A stretch of 62,417 bases of DNA, the filler included, from Babesia bigemina (lineage: Eukaryota), in the NCBI RefSeq assembly GCF_000981445.1. It is 10 parts of 10 records of this genome, joined end to end, with 100 filler letters (N's around TTAATTAATTAA, not from the genome) between each part and the next. Parts side by side here need not be neighbours in the genome. Positions count along the whole stretch, not along the records: positions 35,254 to 38,609 come from NW_012237097.1; positions 38,710 to 43,110 come from NW_012237098.1; positions 43,211 to 45,308 come from NW_012237099.1; positions 45,409 to 55,628 come from NW_012237100.1; 6 more parts are not named here. One strand, given 5' to 3'. Below the pieces are notes generated by a model, which saw only the letters and a program-made list of their open reading frames with translations, searched no databases and was not told the origin of the DNA. Position numbers and translations under genes: made by a program. Of this stretch, positions 35,254-46,421 are shown piece by piece (the stretch's first letter is position 1; every line of letters starts with the position of its first letter).

Positions 35254-38200
35254 CCGGTGGGCGCCAATAGGGACCCATTTGGGGGGGTCCCGGAAAACAA
35301 AGGAGTTTCCCAGGTCCCAGGGATAGCCCGTCCCCGTTTCGGGGGGGTAAGGAAAATGGTAGTAAACTTTTGCCTCTTTTAAATACCGCCCAAAGTTTGC
35401 CTTGTTCCAACCAGTATCGAATGCTGCTTCCCTATGCTTACCACCAACAGTCCATCGATTGGTGAAATTGTAGTAAAAGGCGAACATATCACCCAGCGTC
35501 TGTGGAGGCGTTTGTAACAGACAGTTGAAGTAACCACAAAGTCTCGTAAGTGGACTACCCTGTTTTCCACAAAATTCTGCAAGCACCTTCCTAAGATGTT
35601 CACCGTGTCTGAGTATGCGATGCCATAGTGCTTATATCTGTAAAGCCCATTGGCGTCTTACACGGTATGCCGCGATGGTTGGACACAGTGCATTCTAGTT
35701 TACAACCTGGTTTCTTAAATGAGTGTGGTAGAAAACCCGGCAAACCATCCTCTAAGTATGACTGTAACGGAGATTTTACACCGCACTTAGGGTGTAACTC
35801 ACACGTTTGGTTGACCTTTTGGTTACACTTTTGGTCAGCGCATTGCTTTGAGTTGCACTTCCAATCTGACCCACCGATTGCATTGCCATACAAACAACCC
35901 CGCCACCCGGAACAGATTTCGTCGTTGCAGCATTGGCAATATACGAAGTAGAGCTGTTGGTAAAGACGATGCAAGATGTCTACCAGCATATCAATGCATT
36001 GGCCGTAGCGAGAGGGATACGAGAACCCTTGAGAATTGGTGTTGAAGTCCACCGCATATATTCCGTCCGCGTGTCCATGGCCAATAAGACCTACGAGAAC
36101 ATCGTGCGAATAATGGCAAACTTCTGTTAGCGTGTCTCTCATGTCGGATGCTGTAATGTTTCGCGGATAGGCTGACAAAGTGTCCTCATCTTCATCCCCA
36201 AATGAGACGCCACCCTCCTCGTATTCCGGCTCTTCAGGTTTCTCGAATAAACCACTGAAGCCGTCAAATGATAAATCGTGGTATACGACATTGTAAGAGA
36301 GACCGCAGAGCCACTGGAGCATATCATACACAGAAGAGGGATTCCTGGTGGCAGAAGAAGTTGATAAGTGACAGACTTTGTAATAGTCGTTTAGGTGGGT
36401 GAATAGTTTAGACACAACGCCTTTACCTTCATAATGTGTAATGTATTTGTCCAAAGATTCGAAGTCATGCGCATCTTTATCAAATTCGTTGCGTTCCTTA
36501 AAACCGACATTGCAACACACAGCCACTTCTCTGCCGGCATGGTCTTTTTTGAGATTGTCAATCGCGTAACCCTGATTCTGTAAATAATCTCTCAATTCAT
36601 TTTTATTATCTCTACCCTCAATTCTGTAAGTCTTCCATCCGTTGCAGCAATGATAGAACAACGGATAAAGTTCATTAAACAGCACCGGGATTATAGTGAG
36701 GCATACCTTCGCGCACTTCCGACCGTCAGCATCCCAATTGAAATCATACGCAGCACAATCATATACCGAGATATATGCCATGCGTAGTTCGCCAACGAAG
36801 CCCCGAAGCCCACTTCCGATGCAGTCCAGCAGAGGAGTTGACGGCAGCGCATAGCATTCTGGTCTCAGGCCATCAAGCGCTTCGCTCAGCCCGTCAAGCA
36901 GGCCGGGTAGATAACGATCGTACCTCATGCCCACCTTAAGCTGGTATATAATTTTGGTGAGTTCGTTGTGTACGCCGTCTAGTCTGGATGCGTTAACTTT
37001 TTTATTGTATTCAGATTCGGCGTGTGTCGGCTTGTAATTGAGTGTCTGCTCATGCTGTTCGTTGAGTCTCTTTATTTCGTTTTTCACATAGCCGTGGATG
37101 TTATTAAAGTAATGCTCGAAGGCATCTACTAAGGCCTTGAAATTTTCCTTGGTTGGCTTCTCTTGCCCGGGTGGCAGAGGTACAGCTGTTTGTAGTTTAG
37201 TGAAGAGAGCAGTGTCTGCCGACGTCTCAAACTCCGACGTCTCCTTCAGTTTAACAATAAACTTAACGCCCTGCACAGTCTTCATGAGCCCCTTGTAACC
37301 CTGGACCAGGTCTTTGTCAATGAGCGTCGTCAGTCCAGTCAAGTGGCCTTGAACTCTGGCGGTGAAGTGTTGCAGCTCAGTCTTGAGGGTGGAGACGTAG
37401 TGCTTTTTAGCTTGGGTGGTGATAGTTTTAATGGCGTCGGCAACTTGTTCATCGACATATTTTTCAAGTGCCTTGATTGTAACTTGTCCTGATTCAGTGG
37501 CTTTTTGAAGAAAGTCAGTGCATAGGGTTATGGTACCCTGTATCTCCTTGACACGTAGGTCGTCGATTTGTTTCCTGATCCCTACCAGTTTCTCATCAAT
37601 CTGCCCTTTTTTCATCTCCCTCAAAAACCAGTTGACCTCGTTGGCTGCCCATCTCACCGCTGCGCAGAGCTCATTGAGGTTGTGTTTCACATTCTCAATG
37701 TTCTTGGTTTGCAGCAGGCCAATATCATTTTTGATCTTCTCGAGTCCTTGGACAGCGTTCGGATTTACGTCTTTCGCACTGATGTTTACGGCACCTTTAC
37801 CGGTGAGCATTTCATCAAGCGCACCTAAGTATTGTTGGATGCCCTCACTTGAGCTGCCAGTATTTTTGCTGCTGTCAACCAGCCCGGCGATTTTGTTGAG
37901 TTGTTGCTCGATGGTGGAGAAGGGGGATTGGAAAGTTTGGCCGTCACTTATTTCAAATTTGAGATTGCCGGCTGTGAGCTTAGTCGTCACCTGCCGCTCA
38001 ATATCACCGATCGCCGCGGGGAGGGAGCCTGCTAGCTGGTCAAGGTTCTCGTGCGTGATGCTAGACAAATTATCTTGTCCTACAAAACTTCTGTAGTTCG
38101 TAAACTTCTGTGTCGGTAATGAGGTGATTGTCTGCTTGGATACCTCATCATTCCCGATCTCCGCATCAAGCGTCTTCGTCACCCCGTCGATCGCGGAGTC

Positions 38201-38609
38201 GACGGCATGGGTACCTAGTTTAAGCGCTTTTTCAAGTTTCTCTACTAGTTCTTTTGCCTTATTGTAAGCACTGTCTACGTATGCAATATTGCACTGCTGA
38301 ATTATTTTATCGATCTTATTTGCCGCACCACGCACCTGGCCTATGAGTTGGCTGAGGACAGCGTGAAGTGCAGGTTTTAGATAAAACGGATTATGGATTT
38401 CACCAATTCCTTGTTTTAACAGTTGCCTGTCGTTTTCGATCTTCTCGACTATGTCGTTGCTAAAGGCATAGATATCGGAGTCGTTTATCTCCTTAGCAAG
38501 ATTCTGTGCGAAGTTGTCGCAAATCTCTTTAACATATATAAAATTATTTTTTATACTGCCTTCGTTGTCGGCCCACTAATAGAGTGCGAGGCCATACACC
38601 AAAACACCT
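35254..38609 (-). CDS. ves1: Internal fragment of a ves-like gene (frameshift near 35604, low-quality end)
   Basis: CGVKSPLQSYLEDGLPGFLPH, PCKTPMGF and PQTLGDMFAFY motifs. The shifted frame joins ORFs 35600-38335 and 35206-35586. Confidence 0.8.
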
Positions 38610-38709
38610 NNNNNNNNNNNNNNNNNNNNNNNNNNNNNNNNNNNNNNNNNNNNTTAATTAATTAANNNNNNNNNNNNNNNNNNNNNNNNNNNNNNNNNNN
38701 NNNNNNNNN

Positions 38710-38940
38710 GGTGAACGGTTTGTTGCTTCTGCCCCCGGCGCTCTGTCTCAAATCTCCACTCAACAGCTCTCTGACAGCGTCTCTCTTCGAGCATCTTCTA
38801 CCGATGACTCTACGTCATCCAATTTTAATCCCCTCCCTTACATCATCACCCCCGTCACCCTCGTCATTGTCGTCATCTGCGTCATGATCTACTTCCGCAT
38901 CCGGCCGTTCCACAGGGTGCGGTATCTACTGCGCAGCTGA
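38710..38940 (+). CDS. 3' end of a small TM-anchored gene (type-Y tail)
   Basis: GERFVASAPGALSQISTQQLSDSVSLRASSTDDSTSSNFNPLPYIITPVTLVIVVICVMIYFRIRPFHRVRYLLRS*. Same 3' flank as 1952-2038. Confidence 0.65.
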   Translation, partial: GERFVASAPGALSQISTQQLSDSVSLRASSTDDSTSSNFNPLPYIITPVTLVIVVICVMIYFRIRPFHRVRYLLRS

Positions 38941-39025
38941 ATAACCATGATCACCTAACTGACAACTGACACCTAATGTTGTAGACAGTAATGATTGCAC
39001 TGATGACCAATCACATGAGCAGTGA

Positions 39026-41960
39026 GGTGACCAACCACCTGACCAAAGTGCTGACCAATGTGCTGACCAACCACCTGACCAAAGTGCTGACCAAGGTGCT
39101 GACCAAAGTGCTGACCAAAGTGCTGACAAACGTGCTGACCAAGTTGATGTCACGGCAGCGATGACATGGTCACGGTAGCGATGACATGGTCACGGTAGCG
39201 ATGACATGGTTACGGCAGCGATGACATGGACACGGCAGCGATGACATGGTTACGGCAGCGATGACATGGTCACGGCAGCGATGACATGGTTACGGCAGCG
39301 ATGACATGGACACAGCAGCGATGACATGGTTACGGCAGCGATGACATGGACACAGCAGCGATGAAATGGTCACGGCAGCGATGACTGGTCACGGCAGCGA
39401 TGACATGGTCACGGCAGCGGTGACATGGTCACGGCAGCGATGACATGGTTACGGCAGCGATGACATGGTCACGGCAGCGACGACATGGTCACGGCAGCGA
39501 TGACATGACCTAAGTGGTGATTATTATCCACTCTACATCGCTCCTTATCCACTCTACATCGCCCCTTAACCCACTCTGCATCGCTCCTTAACCCGCTCCA
39601 CATCGCCCCTTAACCCACTCTGCATCGCTCCTTAACCCGCTCCACATCGCCCCTTAATCCACTCCACATCGCTCCCTAACCCACTCTACATCGCCCCTTA
39701 CCCACTCCACATCGCTCCTTAACCCACTCTACATCGCTCCTTTACCCACTCTACATCGCCCCTTATCCACTCTACATCGCCCCTTCATCCACTCTACATC
39801 GCTCCTTTATCCACTCCACATCGCCCCTTTATCCACTCCACATCGCCCCTTAACCCACTCTACATCGCCCCTTAACCCACTCTACATCGCCCCTTATCCA
39901 CTATACATCGCCCCTTTACCCACTCCACATCGCTCCCTAACCCACTCTACATCGCCCCTTAACCCACTCTACATCGCTCCTTTATCCACCTTACATCGCT
40001 CCTTATCCACTCTACATCGCTCCCTAACCCACTCAACATCGCTCCCTTATCCACTCTACATCGCCCCTTAACCTCCTCTAATCGCTCCTTAACCCACTCT
40101 ACATCGCTCCTTATCCACTCTACATCGCCCCTTTATTCACTCTACATCGCTCCCTAACCCACTCTACATCGCCCCTTAACCCACTCTTCATCGCTCCTTA
40201 TCCACTCTACATCGCCCCTTAATCCACTCTACATCGCCCCTTATCCACTATACATCGCCCCTTTACCCACTCCACATCGCTCCCTAACCCACTCTACATC
40301 GCTCCCTTATCCACTCTACATCGCCCCTTAACCTCCTCTAATCGCCCCTTAACCTCCTCTAATCGCTCCTTAACCCACTCTACATCGCTCCCTTATCCAC
40401 TCTACATCGCTCCCTAATCCACTCTACATCGCCCCTTATCCTCTCTACATCGCTCCCTAACCCACTCTACATCGCCCCTTAACCCACTCTACATCGCCCC
40501 TTTATCCACTCTACATCGCTCCCTAACCCACTCTACATCGCCCCTTATCCACTGAACATCGCCCCTTTATCCACTCTACATCGCCCCTTAATCCACCCTA
40601 CATCGCCCCTTTATCCACTCCACATCGCTCCCTAATCCACTCCACATCGCCCCTTATCCACTCTACATCGCTCGTTTATCCACTCTACATCGCTCCCTAA
40701 TCCACTCTACATCGCTCCCTAACCCACTCTACATCGCCCCTTTGTCCACTCTACATCGCCCCTTATCCACTCTACATCGCCCCTTAACCCACTCTACATC
40801 GCCCCTTTACCCACTGTACATCGCTCCCTAACCCACTCTACATCGCTCCTTTATGCACTCTACATCGCCCCCTAATCCACTCCACATCGCTCCCTAACCC
40901 ACTCTACATCGCCCCTTAACCCACTCTACATCGCCCCTTAACCCACTCTACATCGCCCCTTAACCCACTCTACATCGCCCCTTAACCCACTCCACATCGC
41001 TCCCTAACCCACTCTACATCGCCCCTTAACCACTCTACATCGCCCCTTTACCCACTCTACATCGCCCCTTTATCCACTCCACATCGCCCCTTAACCCACT
41101 CTACATCGCTGCCTAACCCACTCTACATCGCTCCTTAATCCACTCTACATCGCCCCTTACCCACTCCACATCGCCCCTTTATCCACTCTACATCGCCCCT
41201 TATCCACTCTACATCGCCCCTCTATTCACTCTACATCGCCCCTTTACCCACTCCACATCGCCCCTTTATCCACTCCACATCGCCCCCTAACCCACTCTCC
41301 ATCGCCCCTTTATCCACTCTACATCGCCCCTTTATCCACTCCACATCGCCCCTTATCCACTTTACATCGCTCCCTTATCCACTTTACATCGCTCCCTAAC
41401 CCACTCCACATCGCCCCCTTATCCACTCTACATCGCCCCTTAACCCACTCTACATCGCCCCTTAACCCACTCCACATCGCCCCTTAACCCCTCTACATCG
41501 CTCCCTAACCCACTCCACATCGCCCCTTAACCCACTCTACATCGCTCCTTAACCCACTCTACATCGCCCCTTTATCCACTCTACATCGCCCCTTTATCCA
41601 CTCTACATCGCTCCTTAACCCACTCTACATCGCTCCTTTGTCCACTCTACATCGCCCCTTAACCCACTCTACATCGCCCCTTACGCATTCTACATCGCCC
41701 CTTTACCCACCCTTCATCGCCCCTTTACCCACTCCACATCGCCCCTTATCCACCCTACATCGCCCCTTTATCCACTCTACATCGCCCCTTTATCCACTCT
41801 ACATCGCCCCTTAACCCACTCTACATCGCCCCTTTACCCACCTTACATCGCTCCTTTACCCACTCTACATCGCCCCTTCACCTCCTCTACATCGCTCCTT
41901 AACCCACTCTACATCGCCCCTTTACCCACTCTACATCGCCCCTTTGTCCACTCTACATCC
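39026..41960 (+). repeat. Tri-satellite spacer (12-bp 39026-39145, 20-bp 39150-39510, 22-bp 39525-41960)
   Basis: Same units and order as the other spacers. Confidence 0.95.
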
Positions 41961-41987
41961 TTCGAATTATTTCGCCATATTACCGCT

Positions 41988-43110
41988 ATGTCCTCTTTAA
42001 ACCATCCTTATAACTTGTGCCTTGTCACCCTTCGCTTCCCTTCTGACTGAGTCCATCGACTGGTTGATCCAGCTTAGGTATGGGAATGGTCAAGGTGATG
42101 AAGGTCTTGACCAGTTGTCTCAAGCTTTGAATAAGTTGATTGAGGAGGCTATAGGTAACGCTAATAAGTCCCTTGATGAACGCGAATCCAAGCTTCTTTG
42201 CCGTGGAAAACCTACTGATAAACCTTCTGACTCCTCCTCTTCTGACCCCTCTGTCCAGCCCTGTTGTAAGAAGCAGGATGCTGAAATTGAAAAAGCTAAA
42301 AATGAACTTAAAACTAAACAGTCTGAATCTACGCAATCTGAAGACTCTAAAAAGAAAGAAATTGCTGCCCTAAAATCTCAAATCAAAAAAGCCGAAGATG
42401 CTAAAAATGACTGTGCTAAGACCCATTACCTCCCTGAGGAGGAGAGGCAGAAGGGATTGGAGGAAGTGAGGCAGCAGAGAGAAATTGTTGAGAAGCTTAA
42501 GAAATTTGCTGAAGAACTTGATAAAACTAATAATAATAATATTTTAACGCATTTATGTTCCGGCCTCGAAACCTTCCTCGGCTTCAACCCTGACTCCAAA
42601 GGCTACGATGGCAGTGGGATTGTCTACTCTGACCTTGACAGGCTGTGTGACGGGGTGATGGGATTTTTGAGTGGTGTGCTTGAGGGGGTGAAAAACGAAA
42701 ATGAAGTGACAACTTATGATAATTACATCAGTGGAGAGGATAAAAAGCTTAAAAGTGTACTTGACACCTTAACTAAACAAATTGGCTCCGGGCGTGATGG
42801 GCTTGTGGATGCTGTCCGCGCGGTGAAGGAATGGTTGAAGGGTATTAAAGTGAAATGAAAACGAAAAACAAAACAGTGACTGGGCCATTAGATACAACAA
42901 TTCGTGAAATATATCAATCTGCGGAAAATATCAAAACACTGGGTAGTCAGGAAAATGAAGCCGTCTCAAAAAAATTAGCAAACGGGGCTGAATCTGTCAA
43001 AAGCTTAATGACCACACCGAAAACTTCTTAAAATCCCTTAAAATTTTAATTCCCACCCTAAAAAAAATGTTGAAAACCCCGTCGGCCGACATTTTTAAAA
43101 GGGTAAAAAA
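41988..43110 (+). pseudogene. ves1: ves-like 5' part with ESIDWLIQ N-terminal domain, out of frame with the leader ATG; degraded toward contig end
   Basis: Leader MSSLNHPYNLCLVTLRFPSD* in one frame. LTESIDWLIQLRYG...LCSGLETFLGF...YSDLDRLCDGVMGFL in another (ORF 42022-42858). Confidence 0.65.
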
Positions 43111-43210
43111 NNNNNNNNNNNNNNNNNNNNNNNNNNNNNNNNNNNNNNNNNNNNTTAATTAATTAANNNNNNNNNNNNNNNNNNNNNNNNNNNNNNNNNN
43201 NNNNNNNNNN

Positions 43211-43864
43211 CACTTCACATAAAAGGTTATTGTTGTCCATTTCGAGCTACTATACACGTAATCCACATATTTCGCGCAAAAAGCGCGCGCATCAATCCTT
43301 TGGGTGGTATATATTCCCCCAGGGGAAACCCACGGTTTTAAAAACCTGTTGGGAAGGCTTCCCAAAACCTTCCCCGCCCGGGATGGGGATGCCAAAAATT
43401 CTCAACAGGGGGCCAAAGGGTAGGCCGGGTCCACCCGGGTTTTGGGTTAAAACTGTAAGGGCCAAGCCACTTTTTACGTGGGGGAGGGGGGCGGAGCACA
43501 TTTTATAATTTCGGTTTTTACATTTCGGCAATTCAACAAAAGCTTTTAAATGGGAAGGAACGACGGGTATTGTCGTGACTTTTACAGTCAACTTAGAAAC
43601 GGGGTAGAATCATCATATTTCAAAGACCTGTTCACCGAGTGTGACAACTTCATTTGGACCATCAGAGAACCGTTCACCTATCTCGTCCTGGCACTTTGGT
43701 CGCTATCTCTCTTCTACCTCCTCTGCGTAATGGTTGGCAGACTGGATGTGCTCCACATACGCTCACACCTGAGGATACCGTCGTCGCACAAGATAACAGC
43801 GCAATCATTGTTGGCAGCAGCGCAAGTCGGAAGGCTTGCCAAGATATCGTACCTGCAACCGTGA
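43211..43864 (+). CDS. ves1: 3' end of ves-like gene, type-B tail (first ~330 nt poor quality)
   Basis: FIWTIREPF-TM-RLDVLHIRSHLRIPSSHKITAQSLLAAAQVGRLAKISYLQP. Confidence 0.75.
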
Positions 43865-44017
43865 TCGTACTCACGTCTGTAATTCACATCAACTCACGTA
43901 ACTACTCACTTAGAGAATCACCTACTCACCTAAATAACAAACGTAGTCTAATGTTTTGAATTACTCTAGCGGCAACCTGTGAACTAAATAGCGTTAAGAT
44001 TAAGTGATGAGTAAACG

Positions 44018-44330
44018 ACCAAGCTAAGTGCTAAGCTGGCACACAGGCAAAGTGCTGAGCAAGCAACCAGGCTAAGTGTTGACCTAGCGACCAGGCAAAG
44101 TGCTAAGCTGGCACCCAGGCAACGTGCTAAGCTGGCGACCAGGCAAAGTGCTAAGCTAGCACACAGGCAAAGTGGTAAGCTGGCACCCAGGCAAAGTGCT
44201 AAGCAAGCAACCAGGCAAAGTGGTAAGCTAGCACACAAGCAAAGTGGTAAGCTGGCACACAGGCAAAGTGGTAAGCTAGCACACAGGCAAAGTGCTAAGC
44301 TAGCAACCAGGCAAAGTGGTAAGCTGGCGG
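44018..44330 (+). repeat. 24-bp satellite (AGGCAAAGTGCTAAGCTAGCAACC)
   Basis: Tandem copies, also at 56745-57160. Confidence 0.9.
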
Positions 44331-44369
44331 ATGAAACGTAATATGGCAAGTTGGTTGTTGCGTTGAGCT

Positions 44370-44820
44370 GTGCGTTGACTGTGAGAGGTGTCTGCGTTGC
44401 CTATTGAGTCAGTGTCACGTGAGGCTGGGTGATTGGTTTCTAACGTAGGCGGTCGTGAAGGCCGCGGCGGGTGACCTAAGTCGTGTGTTGCGAGTCGCTG
44501 GCACGGTGGCGTAATCGGCGTTGGCCTCGTTAAGTAGCGTTTATAGGCAGCGATGTAGCGATTGTTAATATCACATTTAGGCACGTAGCCGACACGCTCC
44601 GCCAGTATGGCGCCGATACCGCGGCTCGTAGCACGGTGCTGCTGCACTGTGGGAGTTGAGCGCACGGGGTTCGCTGCAATTTTAATGGCGTTGCGAATAG
44701 TGAGTAATTTAGAGTGACAGTTGGTGCCGATAACATGCGTCGCGTCAGGCGTAACCGTGGTATCCTGGGCAGCGTGGGTGTCGGTGGCCTGGGCTGGGTG
44801 GATACAGGGGTGAGGGTTAA
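44370..44820 (+). promoter_or_regulatory. Conserved non-coding element upstream of Cys-rich gene
   Basis: Paralogous to 25-480. Confidence 0.5.
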
Positions 44821-44827
44821 GTAAGTC

Positions 44828-45109
44828 ATGTTGCAGTTGGTGAGTGCGTTGCTAGGTGATTGACATGTCTGCAGGGTGAGGGGACTGGGAGCGGCAGTGG
44901 TACGTGTTGCAGTTGGTGAGTGCTGCTTGAGTGATTGATATGTTTGCAGGCTGAGGGGACTGGGAGCGGCAGTGGTACGTGTTGCAGTTGGTGAGTGCTG
45001 CTTAGGGATTGATATGTTCGCAGGTTGAGGGGACTGGGAGCGGCAGTGGTACGTGTTGCAGTTGGTGAGTGCTGCTTGAGTGATTGATATGTCTGCAGGC
45101 TGAGGGAAG
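44828..45109 (+). repeat. Micro-intron/micro-exon tandem units (putative spliced 5' UTR)
   Basis: GTGAGT...GCAG introns at 44840-44874, 44916-44949, 44991-45023 and 45065-45098, with 41-nt exons between. Confidence 0.75.
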
Positions 45110-45308
45110 ATGTCGGGAATAACGATTAGGTCAGGTGCTCCGTGTTCGGAGTGTGATTATAGTTGTATAACTTATCAAACGTGTAACTGCTGTCGCTGGT
45201 GTTGTAAAGTATGTAAGACTCAATCATGCCGTGTATGTTTGATTTGGTATTTCTACAGGGACTCGGGTCCAAAGGAATGTCATCCTAAGGGATGTCGTTC
45301 CAAAAAAA
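45110..45308 (+). CDS. Small Cys-rich protein, 5' part (paralogue of 890-1426)
   Basis: MSGITIRSGAPCSECDYSCITYQTCNCCRWCCKVC...ECHPKGC shows conserved Cys spacing. Confidence 0.7.
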
Positions 45309-45408
45309 NNNNNNNNNNNNNNNNNNNNNNNNNNNNNNNNNNNNNNNNNNNNTTAATTAATTAANNNNNNNNNNNNNNNNNNNNNNNNNNNNNNNNNNNN
45401 NNNNNNNN

Positions 45409-46298
45409 AGTGGGTTAAGGGGCGATGTAGAGTAGATTATGGGCGATGTAGAGTGGATAAAGGGGCGGTGTGAAGTGGATAAGGGAGCGATGTAGAGTGG
45501 ATAAAGGGGCGATGTAGAGTGGGTTAATGGGCGATGAAGAGTGGGTTAGGGAGCGATGTAGAGTGGTTAAAGGGGCGATGTGGAGTGGGTTAAGGAGCGA
45601 TGTAGAGTGGGTAAGGGAGCGATGTAGAGTGGGTAAAGGGGCGATGTAGAGTGGATAAAGGGGCGATGTAGAGTGGGTAACGGGCGATGTAGAGTGGGTA
45701 GAGGAGCGATGTAGAGTGGGTAAGGGAGCGATGTAGAGTGGATGATAATCACCACTTAGGTCATCTGCTTGGTCACCATGACGTCGCTGCCGTGACCATG
45801 TCATCGCTGCCGTGTCCATGTCATCGCTGCCGTAACCATGTCATCGCTGTCGTGACCATGTCATCGCTGCCGTGTCCATGTCATCGCTGCCGTGACCATG
45901 TCATCGCTGCTGTAACCATGTCATCGCTGCCGTGACCATGTCATCGCTGCTGTGTCCATGTCATCGCTGCCGTAACCATGTCATCGCTGCCGTAACCATG
46001 TCATCGCTGCCGTAACCATGTCATCGCTGCCGTACCATGTCATCGCTGCCGTAACCATGTCATCGCTGCCGTAACCATGTCATCGCTGCCGTACCATGTC
46101 ATCGCTGCCGTAACCATGTCATCGCTGCCGTGACCACCAACTTGGTCATGGCATTGGTCACCACTTTGGTCAGCACATTGGTCACCACGTTGGTCAGCAC
46201 CTTGGTCATGGCATTGGTCAGCACATTGGTCGTGGCATTGGTCACCACGTTGGTCACCACGTTGGTCGTGGCATTGGTCAGCATCTTGGTCAGCACTT
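45409..46298 (-). repeat. Tri-satellite spacer (22-bp 45409-45742, 20-bp 45775-46132, 12-bp 46135-46298)
   Basis: Reverse-complement standard spacer, downstream of a ves gene. Confidence 0.9.
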
Positions 46299-46421
46299 CA
46301 GTTAAGTACTACACAATCACATAAAAAGATCAATGAGTGATAAAACAGATTAAAGCACAATTCATAAGTTAGGTGAGTAGGTGATGCTAGGTGAGTGTAG
46401 ACAGTAAGCACGTGAGTACGA

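Noticed and set aside
42860..43550. Stops and frameshifts near contig ends (also 11861, 30378 onward, 35254-35604, 62357 onward)
   Set aside because: Homopolymer-rich, noisy sequence typical of low-quality read ends, so not taken as biological pseudogenisation.
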